Shown piece by piece: positions 43,479 through 52,841 of a stretch of DNA of 64,000 nucleotides. Under the pieces are notes generated by a model, which had not been told where the DNA came from, did not search any database, and saw only the letters and a list, made by a program, of their open reading frames with translations. This stretch comes from an uncultured Clostridia bacterium (lineage in GTDB: Bacteria > Bacillota > Clostridia > Christensenellales > Borkfalkiaceae): assembly GCA_934247225.1 (NCBI GenBank), contig CAKQJE010000009.1, positions 15,295 through 79,294 of the forward strand, given 5' to 3'. The first letter of the stretch is position 1. Each line of letters starts with the position of its first letter. Both the position numbers and the translations under genes were made by a program.

Positions 43479-45140
43479 TCATTCGAGAACGAACATATAG
43501 TCGTAAACAGGTTGATCCCCTTCGATGACTATCGTTTCCGTTTCGGGATATTTCTCGTTTATATGATTTTTTATATTCTCGGCTTCCTCTTCGGTCGTAT
43601 TTTCGCCCGTGAATACAAGCATAAGTCCTCTTTCGGAAGCGTCCGCCGCTTCGAGAAGTTTTTCCGCGGCGCGGTTTTTGTCTTTGTCGTCCGAATAAAT
43701 CTTGTCGCCGACAAAACCAATATAATCCCCGCTTTTAACCGATACGCCGTTCATCGCCGTGTCCCGGTTGGCTTTCGATACGCAAGCCGTAACCACGCCT
43801 TCAACCGAGCCATTTATGCCGTCCACGATGTCTTCCGTCGCTCCGTCCGTTTCCATCATCGATACGGCGGCGTAGCCCTCGCCGATCGTTTTTGTTTTTA
43901 TAACGATTATTTCCGATTTATCGTAAAGCCCGGCGGCTTGCTCGGCGGTTAAAATAACGTTTTTGTTGTTCGGGAAAACGAAAATTCTTTCCGCGTACAC
44001 TTTATCGAACGCGGCTATCATATCTCCCGCAGACGGGTTCATGCTCTGCCCGCCGTCAACGACTTCGTCTACCCCGAGCGACAGGAAAGTTTCTTTTAAC
44101 CCCTTGCCCGCGGCGACCACGACGATACCCGTTTTCTTTTTGTGCGCGCTTTTTTTTGCAAGTTTTGCCTGCGCGTTATCACCCTTCGTAACGGCTTCGC
44201 TGTGTTGAAGAGTCATATTTTCGATTTTCAAAGTAAGAAATTCGCCGAAGTTCTGGCAATAACGCAAAACTCCGCCCGGATCCTTCGTGTGAACGTGAAC
44301 TTTTACGATACTTCCGTCCTTGAAACAGACGACAGAATCGCCCACGTTGTTTAAATAATTTATAAGTTCGTTTTCGTCAAACGACTCAACGTCCGTTTTC
44401 GCGCGCTGCAAACGGAGCAAAAACTCCGTACAATAACCGAATTCCAGAACGTTGTTCTCGTCGAAAAGCGAAAAATCTATCGAAGAAGCCGTTTTTATAA
44501 CCTCGGCTCTCTTTTCCTCGGCGTAGGTCTCTCCTCTTTCGAGAGCTTCTTTCATCCCTTCGAATATGTAATAAAGTCCCGCGCCGCCGCTGTCGACAAC
44601 CCCGGCTTCCGCAAGAACGGGCAGAAGCTCCGGCGTTCTGTCAAGCGAACGCCCCATTTCGCCGAGAAGCTCTTCGAAATATTCCTCCAAGCCGTTGCAA
44701 TCTTTTGAGTTCGCGTATTTTACCGCGTCTTTAAAAACGGTAAGAATAGTTCCCTCCACGGGTTTCGAAACAGCTCCGTAAGCGCTTGTAACGCCCGATT
44801 CCATTCCGCGTTTTATATCCTCGAAATCGGCTTTTTCAAGCCCTTTGAGTTCCGAAGTTATACCCGCGAAAATTCTCGATAATATAACGCCCGAATTTCC
44901 TCTCGCGCCGAGAAGCATTCCTTCCGCCGCGGCTTTGGAAACCGCCCCGAGATCGCTGCCGGCTTTTTTCGCCGCGTCCGCTCCCGAGCCGAACGTCATA
45001 AGCATATTGTCTCCCGTGTCTCCGTCCGGTATCGGGAACACGTTAAGATCGTTTATATCCTGCCTGTATGCGGCGAGCTTGAACGCCCCGCCCGAAAGCA
45101 TACCCGCAAATTCTTTTCCGCCGATTGTCATCGTCTGCAT
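43479..45140 (-). CDS. DAK2 domain-containing protein (YloV-like)
   Basis: PIPDGDTGDNM motif, 553 aa, adjacent to degV. Confidence 0.9.
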   Translation of the reverse strand: MQTMTIGGKEFAGMLSGGAFKLAAYRQDINDLNVFPIPDGDTGDNMLMTFGSGADAAKKAGSDLGAVSKAAAEGMLLGARGNSGVILSRIFAGITSELKGLEKADFEDIKRGMESGVTSAYGAVSKPVEGTILTVFKDAVKYANSKDCNGLEEYFEELLGEMGRSLDRTPELLPVLAEAGVVDSGGAGLYYIFEGMKEALERGETYAEEKRAEVIKTASSIDFSLFDENNVLEFGYCTEFLLRLQRAKTDVESFDENELINYLNNVGDSVVCFKDGSIVKVHVHTKDPGGVLRYCQNFGEFLTLKIENMTLQHSEAVTKGDNAQAKLAKKSAHKKKTGIVVVAAGKGLKETFLSLGVDEVVDGGQSMNPSAGDMIAAFDKVYAERIFVFPNNKNVILTAEQAAGLYDKSEIIVIKTKTIGEGYAAVSMMETDGATEDIVDGINGSVEGVVTACVSKANRDTAMNGVSVKSGDYIGFVGDKIYSDDKDKNRAAEKLLEAADASERGLMLVFTGENTTEEEAENIKNHINEKYPETETIVIEGDQPVYDYMFVLE

Positions 45141-45410
45141 TTATATCTCCGAATCGGATTTCGCTATCCGAAAATCCGACCTGTCGGTTTTTAGATTATC
45201 GCACGTCTTTTCCGTAAAAATCCGTAATCAAGCATATCGGTTCGACGTTTTATGCAAAATTTTCCCGTTTTGAAAATTGCCGCCTATACGCCCAAGATAA
45301 AACGTACTATCTTAGTATATAATAATCTTCAAACTAAGTCAACGAAATTTCATCGCAAATTCATATAAAGATACTTTTCAAGGCGTTTTTATGCAAAAAA
45401 CGTTTACACG

Positions 45411-45443
45411 GAAAAAGCGACCTCTTTCGAGATCGCCTTTTCC
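45411..45443 (-). terminator. Bidirectional rho-independent terminator
   Basis: GCGACCTC-TTTC-GAGATCGC hairpin (one G-U pair) with an A-run 5' and a T-rich stretch 3' on the plus strand. Lies about 120 nt downstream of the aspartokinase-like gene. Confidence 0.6.
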
Positions 45444-45561
45444 GTTTGTATTTTAAGGGGGATTAGGGTAAGCAATTTGTCTGTAAAAAGCACAATCGCT
45501 CTTTACGCGTATATGATAACACTTCAATGTGACAACTGTATGATAACGAAATAAAAAAATT

Positions 45562-46722
45562 TTATTTGTAAATTTGGTCGAATATCTCCGATAAAATCAA
45601 GGATTTTTCGGCTCCGACGACAGCCGAGACAAAACCTTCGTCCGAGCATACGCTCACCGTTTCGCAAGTATTTTTAAGATAGCCGATTATTTTCTCGCTT
45701 TCTTCACATAAAGAAAACCAAAATACAAAATCATCGGGCGAAACGATATTTTTTGCCGCGTCTAAAAATGTTTCGTAAACAGGAACCTCGGAAGCCCTTT
45801 GCTCTAAATTTCTTTTCACAATCCCGAATTTATCCCCGGCAAAGCAAAACTCACCTGTCGTTTCGTACGAATCTTCGCTCAATAAAGTACCCTCCGAGCT
45901 TTCGTTGAACGTGTTTTTGACGATAACGTTTATCCCGCTCCCCGCCAGCAGTTCCAACACCTCGGGGTGAAGCACGTTTACCGAAAAATCGCAAAGTGTT
46001 TTCATATGGCGAAAAGATATTTTTTTCAAAGGTCGGATTTTGTTTTTATACAAAGCGTATTTTCTCGGCAGAAGCGCGGGCGGAAACGGCAGAACGCCGT
46101 CTACGTCGGTGTAATTTACGTAAACGTCGGCTTTCAGGGCGGCGGCAAGAAGAGCGCCCGTTATGTCTCCTCCGCCCCGAGGCATAAGCTTTATGTTTCC
46201 CTTTCTGTCCGAACCGTAAAAACCGCCCGTAACGAAACCGCCCGTCTCGATAAATTTTTCCCTTATGAGAAAAGAAGAAAAACCGACGTCGAGTTTATCC
46301 GCGTTTCCGAAACGAATTATTTCCGCGCTGTCTGCAAAGGGACGGAGAGAAACGGCGGAAAAAATTTTCGAATACAGGTATTCGCCTCTTGAAATTAAAA
46401 AATCAGGCGAAGAGGTTTTTTCTTCCTCGCGCCCGATCTTCATTAGTGCTTCGTGTAAATCGAATTCGATTTTCAAATCTTCGCAAAGCTCTGAAATTCT
46501 TTCTTCGATATTTTTTAAAGCCGACTCCTCGCTTTTTCCCGCGCGCAAACGCGGGTATGCGGCGATAAGTTCGTCGGTAATCTTTTTTTCGTTAGTCACC
46601 TTTCCGCCCGCGGAAACAGCCACGGCTTTTATCGTCCCGTCGCTTTCCGAAATCTTAACGGCCCGGCGGACGGCGTTTGCGGTAGCCATGGAAGTTCCGC
46701 CGAATTTGGCAACTTTTATCAA
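45562..46722 (-). CDS. Aspartate kinase family protein (divergent)
   Basis: IKVAKFGGTSMA N-terminus and an amino-acid-kinase core (PRGGGDITGALLAAALKADVYVNYTDVDGV). Start proposed at TTG 46722; the track's longer N-terminus is Arg/Cys-rich and overlaps a better-supported micro-ORF. Confidence 0.55.
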   Translation of the reverse strand: MIKVAKFGGTSMATANAVRRAVKISESDGTIKAVAVSAGGKVTNEKKITDELIAAYPRLRAGKSEESALKNIEERISELCEDLKIEFDLHEALMKIGREEEKTSSPDFLISRGEYLYSKIFSAVSLRPFADSAEIIRFGNADKLDVGFSSFLIREKFIETGGFVTGGFYGSDRKGNIKLMPRGGGDITGALLAAALKADVYVNYTDVDGVLPFPPALLPRKYALYKNKIRPLKKISFRHMKTLCDFSVNVLHPEVLELLAGSGINVIVKNTFNESSEGTLLSEDSYETTGEFCFAGDKFGIVKRNLEQRASEVPVYETFLDAAKNIVSPDDFVFWFSLCEESEKIIGYLKNTCETVSVCSDEGFVSAVVGAEKSLILSEIFDQIYK

Positions 46723-46829
46723 TAGTTCATCACCAGAAAAACGAATACGGCGAGTACGGCGGCAAGCGCAGCCGAAATTATCGCTCTGCAAACTTTGGTG
46801 GACGTTTTGTCTTTATGTTCTCCGTTCAT
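46719..46829 (-). CDS. 36-aa single-TM micro-protein (candidate)
   Basis: Manual translation: an AAAGAGAGG RBS, 5 nt, then ATG 46829 gives MNGEHKDKTSTKVCRAIISAALAAVLAVFVFLVMNY. Its TGA stop overlaps the TTG start of the next gene (TTGA). Below the track's size cutoff. Confidence 0.4.
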   Translation of the reverse strand: MNGEHKDKTSTKVCRAIISAALAAVLAVFVFLVMNY

Positions 46830-46853
46830 AATAACCTCTCTTTATCGTTTTTA

Positions 46854-47672
46854 TCAGTCTTTCTCGTCAAGCAGTTCCTGCCAATAATACTCTTTAAGCA
46901 TCTGACGAAGCATTTCGGAATCGACATAGCGTTTGATTTTTCCGCCCTGAGCAATCGAAATAATACCCGTTTCTTCCGAAACGATGAGAGCCGTTACGCT
47001 TATCGTTTCGGTTATGCCGATACCCGCTCTGTGACGGGTTCCGAGTTCCTTGGGAAGATTTACTTCCTGCGATAAGGGAAGGAAACAACCCGCGGCGTGA
47101 ACCTTGGAACCGTTTATGACCATTGCGCCGTCGTGAAGGGGGGTTTTGGGGAAGAATATGCTTTCGATAAGCGCGGCGGAAATTTCGGAATCGATGATAA
47201 CGCCGCTGTCTATAATGGTTTTCGGCATATTCCCGTTTGCGAGAATTATTATCGCGCCCACGTCGTTTTTGGACATATTCTGAACGGCTTTGACGATCTC
47301 GTCGATATAATGATTGACGTTCTGCGCAGCCGCGCTGTTTTTGACGACGTGTTTCGTTTCACCCGCTTTTTTTATACCGAAATCCCAGATATCCCTTTTG
47401 ATTTCCGTTGCGAAAAGAACGAAAACTATCACGATGAAAGGCGATAAGATGCCGAGATAGGTAAAAGGCTGTTTCTCTTTATCGTAAAGAATGAAAAGCA
47501 CGCCCGTTAAGGCAACGTATATGAACATGACCGCAATCATCCATTTTGCGTTGTTCCTCTGCAAAAGATTTATCAGATAGAAAAACAACGCGAAAAGAAG
47601 AATTATCGTAAGCGTGGTCGAAGCGACGTCGGCAGTAAAAATGCCCGCCACTTTTTCAAGTATTTCTTTCAT
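46854..47672 (-). CDS. cdaA: Diadenylate cyclase CdaA
   Basis: Three N-terminal TM helices plus a DAC domain (TPLHDGAMVI, LGTRHRAGIGITE). Start set at ATG 47672 with an AGGAG RBS. Confidence 0.92.
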   Translation of the reverse strand: MKEILEKVAGIFTADVASTTLTIILLFALFFYLINLLQRNNAKWMIAVMFIYVALTGVLFILYDKEKQPFTYLGILSPFIVIVFVLFATEIKRDIWDFGIKKAGETKHVVKNSAAAQNVNHYIDEIVKAVQNMSKNDVGAIIILANGNMPKTIIDSGVIIDSEISAALIESIFFPKTPLHDGAMVINGSKVHAAGCFLPLSQEVNLPKELGTRHRAGIGITETISVTALIVSEETGIISIAQGGKIKRYVDSEMLRQMLKEYYWQELLDEKD

Positions 47673-47737
47673 ATTCTCTCCTATGTATATTATAAAGCCG
47701 TCGGCTTTTATGATTTTTATCCGCGATTTTATCTGCG

Positions 47738-48700
47738 TTAACCAACAAGTATATTCAAAATCCCGTTCCACATCGCCGATTGAGCTTCGATTTTTCCCTG
47801 TTTGAAAAGCGAGTCTTCTTCCGAAAGCTTATCGACGACGGCTTTAAGCCGTTTCGGCGAAAATCTACGAGCCTGTTCGCGGGCTTTTTTCACGGCGTAT
47901 TCCTTTATGCCGAGGTGAGCGGCAAGCGCGCCGTCGCTCTCGGTAGATAACGCGGCGAACAAAAGTTTTCTGAAATGATAATAAAGCGAAACGAAAAGTT
48001 TTTGCCCGTCTCCCGAAGAATCGAGCATTTCTATAAACGTTTCGTAAGCTTTGTCGTACCTTCTCGAAGCGATGAAATCGACTACTTCGTACAGCTTATA
48101 CTCGGTTTCTTTAACGCAAAGCGCGTCGACGACTTCTTCGGTGATCTCTCCCCCGCCGGAATACGCGATAAGTTTTTCGGTTTCGCCGTTGATTCTCGTC
48201 ATGTCGCCGTCGCAAAAATCGATAAGTTTTGCCGCGGCAAGAGTCGAAATCGTGCAGCCTTCCGAACGGACTTTGTTGTTTATCCAACCCGAAATAAGAA
48301 GGTTGTCGCCCTTGGAACAATCTACGAAAGTAACGTTTTTCTGTTTTGCGAGAGACTCCGACGGATTTGAATTGCAGATAACGAAAACCGTCGTTTCGCA
48401 AGGATCTTCGAAATACCCCGAAAGAGCCTTGATGTCTGCGGTGAGAGGATAATATTCCTTAACCGCAACCACTCTTTTTTCACTCATGAACGGATAACTG
48501 ACAAGCGCGGAAATAAGCTTATCGGGATTACCTTTTACCTCTTGCCCGTCGAAAACGGTAAGGTTTAAATCGGGTTCGGAGAGGCATTTGTCGCATATAA
48601 GCTTCAACGCGTAAGACACGAAAAACGCGTCTTCCCCGCTGACGAGATAAATCCTTTCAACGCTCGAAAAAAGGCTTCTTTTCAGTTCCTTGAATTTCAT
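47738..48700 (-). CDS. holA: DNA polymerase III delta subunit
   Basis: Start at ATG 48700 (MKFKELKRSL...IYLVSGEDAFF). Length (320 aa) and position after comEC match Firmicutes holA. Confidence 0.7.
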   Translation of the reverse strand: MKFKELKRSLFSSVERIYLVSGEDAFFVSYALKLICDKCLSEPDLNLTVFDGQEVKGNPDKLISALVSYPFMSEKRVVAVKEYYPLTADIKALSGYFEDPCETTVFVICNSNPSESLAKQKNVTFVDCSKGDNLLISGWINNKVRSEGCTISTLAAAKLIDFCDGDMTRINGETEKLIAYSGGGEITEEVVDALCVKETEYKLYEVVDFIASRRYDKAYETFIEMLDSSGDGQKLFVSLYYHFRKLLFAALSTESDGALAAHLGIKEYAVKKAREQARRFSPKRLKAVVDKLSEEDSLFKQGKIEAQSAMWNGILNILVG

Positions 48701-48813
48701 AATCAATATATTACCATTTTTGTTTTCAAAAATCAACAATTTAAATGCCGTTTGCGTAATTTTGAGAGGCGGTTTGTTTTTACGACTTGTTTTCGCGTTT
48801 TTTCGGCGCGATT

Positions 48814-50352
48814 TCAAAGCGACGCGACAGCCGCGACGATAACCGAAACGACGGCAAAACCGGCAGAGAAAAATTTAACCTTTCGTCCGCAGTTTATAAA
48901 ATCCGAAAAGATCAAAAGCGCAACGAAATACACCGCGCAAAACAACGCGGGAAACACTTCGACGTAAAGCGGAAAGTTTGCAAACACGCCGCAAAGTCCC
49001 GACACGAGTTTGATGAGATTACTCGGTATAAATAAGGCTATAAGTCGATTAACGGGCAAAATCGCACCGACAATCAGCCCTATCCAAAGGGAATAAAACG
49101 TTATGCTCACGAGAGGAAGAACAACGATATTCGTAACGAAAGACACTATCGGGAAATACCCGAAATACGCAACCGAAAGCGGAGCCGAAACGGAATTCGC
49201 CGCAAAAAGAACGCTTAAAGAGTCTTTGACTTTCCGAGGCGCGAACCCGAGTACTTCTTTTATCGGCGCGGCGAGAACCATAATCGCAAAGCTCACCGCA
49301 AACGAAAGAACAAGCCCTGCGGAAAACAAGTCGAACGGATTTATCGCAAGGACGATAAAAAGAGCCGCCGCTATCGAATTTATTCTGTCTTTCTTTTCAC
49401 CGAGCGCGCCCGTCAGCGCCATCACGGAACACATAACCGCCGCTCTCACCGACGAAGCCGACATCCCGCAAAGATACGCATAAAAGAAAAGCGCGACGGA
49501 AATTATCAGACTTTTGATTATCTTTTTAATCGGAACGAACCGAAACACAAACGAAAGCGCGGCAAAGACAAGACCGACGTGCATACCCGAAACCGCGAAT
49601 ATGTGAGCTACGCCGCTCATTCTGTAAGCTTCGATTTTATCACCCATTTTATCCGTGTCGCCTCTTATGAGAGATCTCGCCACGGCATATTCTTCTTTGC
49701 CCGATCCGTCGGACAAAATTTCATCGGTAAACTTTGCGAAACGCGAGCAAAGGCTTTTGCTTCTACCCGTTACCTCGCAAAACGTCGCGCCAGAAGCTAT
49801 CATCGTTTCACCGTAAAAGACATTCTCTGATAACCCTTCGCCCGAATATTCGTCGCAAGGCGAAACCGTGCAGATAACGTTTACGAGATCGTATTTTTCG
49901 ACTTTCTTCGGAAAATATTTTATGTATAATTTGCCGCCTTTCTTTCCGTTATAAACGCAATTTTTCAAAGTTACGAAGCGCGTGTTTCCGTCGTATTCCC
50001 TGACAAAATCCACTTCGCCCGAAACGTAATAATCCCCGCTTTCAAACCTTCCTTTTCGGAAAGAATCGAGCGAGGCGTTTGCGGAAATAAGACCGAGCGC
50101 GCAAAATATCAGGCAGAAAGCCGAAGTTATGAGAAAAGTTCTGAAACGGCTTTTTACGCAAAACGGCAGCGCAACGATCATCACCGATATAACCGCCGAG
50201 ATCGCAAGCGCCGAAGCTTTTATTTCGTCCGCGCCGAATTTACCGAAAAAGAATATACCCGCCGCAAAAGACAGAACGCAAAATAAAATCGGTCTGAAAT
50301 TTACGGGTTTTGTCAAAAATCGTAAGAATTTCCCTCTTTGGCTATCTTCCAT
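48814..50352 (-). CDS. comEC: ComEC/Rec2 family competence channel protein lacking the C-terminal MBL domain
   Basis: N-terminal OB/DUF4131-like part plus the competence domain (SGVAHIFAVSGMHVGL). The protein ends after the last TM helices at 512 aa. Confidence 0.85.
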   Translation of the reverse strand: MEDSQRGKFLRFLTKPVNFRPILFCVLSFAAGIFFFGKFGADEIKASALAISAVISVMIVALPFCVKSRFRTFLITSAFCLIFCALGLISANASLDSFRKGRFESGDYYVSGEVDFVREYDGNTRFVTLKNCVYNGKKGGKLYIKYFPKKVEKYDLVNVICTVSPCDEYSGEGLSENVFYGETMIASGATFCEVTGRSKSLCSRFAKFTDEILSDGSGKEEYAVARSLIRGDTDKMGDKIEAYRMSGVAHIFAVSGMHVGLVFAALSFVFRFVPIKKIIKSLIISVALFFYAYLCGMSASSVRAAVMCSVMALTGALGEKKDRINSIAAALFIVLAINPFDLFSAGLVLSFAVSFAIMVLAAPIKEVLGFAPRKVKDSLSVLFAANSVSAPLSVAYFGYFPIVSFVTNIVVLPLVSITFYSLWIGLIVGAILPVNRLIALFIPSNLIKLVSGLCGVFANFPLYVEVFPALFCAVYFVALLIFSDFINCGRKVKFFSAGFAVVSVIVAAVASL

Positions 50353-51035
50353 CTTTCGTCGCTTCCCGCGCTTTTTAAAATTTCAGCCTCGCTATACAAG
50401 GGGTTGATGTGCGAAATAATTGTTCTGACGTTGGCGTTTTTGCCGTACTCGACGCATTTTTCAACGCTTAAATGCGGCGAATTGTCTTTTCTGTCCCGTT
50501 CTAAAAGTCCGCCGTCCGCCACAACCAGATCCGAGCCGACGAAAAGCTTTTCCGCCGACGGACATTCGTTGGTATCGCCCGTGTATGCAAAAACGCTCTT
50601 GCCGTCCGAAATTTTCACGCCGTAGCAAAGTTCGGGGTGTTTCATCGGATAAAACGAAAATTCAAGTCCGACATCGGAAAACTTCTCTTCCCCGATAAAG
50701 CGCACGTCGAAATACTTGAACGCGCAGATAGCTTTGCAAAGCGGACTTTCCGATTTCGGGCAGAAAAGTTTGATTTTTTTATCGAAAAGATTTCTGTTTT
50801 CGAGTTGTTGAAGGTAATACGCGAGTATCGGCGCGTCCGACGCGTGATCGAAATGAAAATGCGTGATAACGATAACGTCTACGCTTTCGGGCGCGATTAT
50901 TTTTTCGAGCTTCGAAAACACCCCCGACCCCATATCAAGAACAATTTTTTTATCTCCCGCTTCGAGAAGATACCCGCTTGTCGCTCCGCCCGTTTTCGGG
51001 AAAGGTCCGTATTTTCCGAGTACCGTTAGTTTCAT
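50313..51035 (-). CDS. MBL-fold metallo-hydrolase (stand-alone, YhfI/RNase Z-like)
   Basis: HFHFDHASD motif and N-terminal KLTVLGKYGPFP...SGYLLE. Confidence 0.85.
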   Translation of the reverse strand: MKLTVLGKYGPFPKTGGATSGYLLEAGDKKIVLDMGSGVFSKLEKIIAPESVDVIVITHFHFDHASDAPILAYYLQQLENRNLFDKKIKLFCPKSESPLCKAICAFKYFDVRFIGEEKFSDVGLEFSFYPMKHPELCYGVKISDGKSVFAYTGDTNECPSAEKLFVGSDLVVADGGLLERDRKDNSPHLSVEKCVEYGKNANVRTIISHINPLYSEAEILKSAGSDERWKIAKEGNSYDF

Positions 51036-51109
51036 AACATCCTCTTCGCCGCACTCTGTTTATGAGACTGACTGCGGCTTAAAATTTTTTTATTTCATTT
51101 TCAAAACGT

Positions 51110-51139
51110 TTGCATAAACGCATTTTTTTTTGATATAAT
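51110..51139 (+). promoter_or_regulatory. Near-consensus plus-strand sigma-A promoter with extended -10
   Basis: TTGCAT (51110-51115), an 18-nt spacer ending in TG, then TATAAT (51134-51139). Confidence 0.6.
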
Positions 51140-51145
51140 ATAGTA

Positions 51146-51416
51146 GCTGTAAAATGTTAATAATTCTGCGGCGTTCGAAACGGAAGTTAATTAGATCCAC
51201 AAATCAAATAAGGGAGTCCGTTTGTCCGACGATAATACGTTAAACCCGCGGTCGCGGTTATTCGGACCTATATTGACGGGAAAACGAATTTATCCGGCAG
51301 GACACCCACCTGTTTTTCGGAAACGGGTTGATTTTTCTTCGCGTACGGCGCAGGCAGAAAATCGTAATTACCGCGATTTTGCTTTTATCGGTTTATCGGA
51401 AATCATCCGATTTTTC
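51146..51416 (+). ncRNA. Candidate ~270-nt plus-strand transcript (sRNA or small-protein mRNA), identity unknown
   Basis: Bounded by the promoter above and a plus-oriented hairpin ATCGGA-AATCA-TCCGAT followed by TTTTT (51395-51416). No plus-strand gene follows. Confidence 0.3.
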
Positions 51417-51418
51417 GG

Positions 51419-52768
51419 TTACATAAGCGAAATCGCTTTTTTCAATTCGTAGTCTGTTCCGCTTTCGTATGTCGGCTCGTAAATTCTGTCGGCGTAAACC
51501 GCGAGCGCGCTTTTGCAAACGCCCGCGCCGTGAATGGATAAGCCCGATACTGGCCAATAGATTTTTGCGGTGGTAAGCTTTATCGCGTCGCCGCCGAGCG
51601 GATTTACGTAAGTGGTCTGCATAATTCCTTTACCGTAAGATCTGTAAAAGATTTCTTCGGGAGCCGCCTCTTCCACGCTTTTCGTTCCCGCGCTTGCCGA
51701 AAGGACTACGCTCACCTTTCCGTTTGTATCGTAATCGAGCATCGCGCCGATTAAAGCCTCCGAAGCGGACGCCGTTCCCGTGTTCGCGAGAACCACTATT
51801 TTTTCGAAACCGTAATCGGAATAATCCACGGACGAGGAATAGTATTTACTTTCGGAATTATCCTTATAAACGGCTTTCGACACGAGCTTTTCGGAGCCGT
51901 GTTCACAATCTATGAAATGCGCGGCGATATTTTCCAAAATATCCATATATCCCCCGCCGTTGTTTCTGAGATCGAGAATAAGTTTACTCTTTTTGTTATC
52001 TTTGAATTTCTGCAAAGCGACCTTCATCTGCCAGGACGACGAGTTGATTTTCGAGTCGCCGCCCCTGCCGTTGAAACCCGTATATTTTATATATGCCGTG
52101 TCCGCCGCGAGCGCGGAATTGCCTTCCTTGTACAGTTTCAGAGACATATCCCCGCCGTTGTCGTCCGAAAAACGATAATCTCCGCTGTTGTCGGTATAAA
52201 AAACGTAAGCTTCCTGATAATCTCTGAAAGAAAGCTCGCAGATTTTCTCTTCTCCGCCGTTTAAAAGGCGAAGCGAAAATAATTCATCGTCATTTATGCC
52301 GTCGAACAAAGTTGCAAGCTGCTCATAGTCTTTTATATCCGAAAAACTCTCTTCGCCCGATTTTTTTAAACCCGTTATAACGTCGCCTTCGGCAATCCCC
52401 GCTTTTTCGGCGGGAGAATTACCTTTTACCGAGCTTATCGTAAGCGTGTCTTTGTTGTACGAAATACCTATACCTTTACGTCTGCCCGCCGCGCTTTTTA
52501 CAACCGCGTCGTACTCCTCTTTGGTCATATATTCCGAATATCTGTCGATTATGCTGTTGCCCATAACCGAAACGAAATCGTCGGATTCTTCGAGATAATA
52601 TTTTTTATATTTCTCGACGATAAATCTGAGCGACGCCATTTCGGGATTCGATACGTCGCGTAAATAATACCCGGCAAAAAACGAAATCGCCATAACGGCG
52701 GCTAAAACTATTGCCGATAAAATTATTCTCGTTGCTTTTGCCTGCGAGGCTGTTTTGTTTTTCTGCAT
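51419..52768 (-). CDS. S41 family C-terminal processing peptidase
   Basis: N-terminal TM, PDZ region, LDLRNNGGGY and NTGTASASEAL motifs. Start set at ATG 52768 with a GGAGAG RBS. Confidence 0.88.
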   Translation of the reverse strand: MQKNKTASQAKATRIILSAIVLAAVMAISFFAGYYLRDVSNPEMASLRFIVEKYKKYYLEESDDFVSVMGNSIIDRYSEYMTKEEYDAVVKSAAGRRKGIGISYNKDTLTISSVKGNSPAEKAGIAEGDVITGLKKSGEESFSDIKDYEQLATLFDGINDDELFSLRLLNGGEEKICELSFRDYQEAYVFYTDNSGDYRFSDDNGGDMSLKLYKEGNSALAADTAYIKYTGFNGRGGDSKINSSSWQMKVALQKFKDNKKSKLILDLRNNGGGYMDILENIAAHFIDCEHGSEKLVSKAVYKDNSESKYYSSSVDYSDYGFEKIVVLANTGTASASEALIGAMLDYDTNGKVSVVLSASAGTKSVEEAAPEEIFYRSYGKGIMQTTYVNPLGGDAIKLTTAKIYWPVSGLSIHGAGVCKSALAVYADRIYEPTYESGTDYELKKAISLM

Positions 52769-52841
52769 TTTTCTCTCCTTTTCGGGCGGCAATAAAACCG
52801 ACTTCGATCCGACGCGGCGCCGACCGACGAGCATATATTGT

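Noticed and set aside
48814-51035. Simple split-gene (frameshifted) ComEC
   Set aside because: The MBL gene is upstream rather than downstream of the channel domain. It also has the N-terminal signature of stand-alone YhfI/RNase Z-like hydrolases.
51146-51416. Identification of the orphan plus-strand unit as RNase P RNA, SRP RNA, tmRNA or 6S RNA
   Set aside because: AAGGGAGTCCG superficially resembles the RNase P GAGGAAAGUCC box, but the unit is too short and lacks the other conserved regions. There is no SRP GGAA-tetraloop/AGCAGCC motif and no tmRNA ends. 6S cannot be judged by eye, so the identity is left open.
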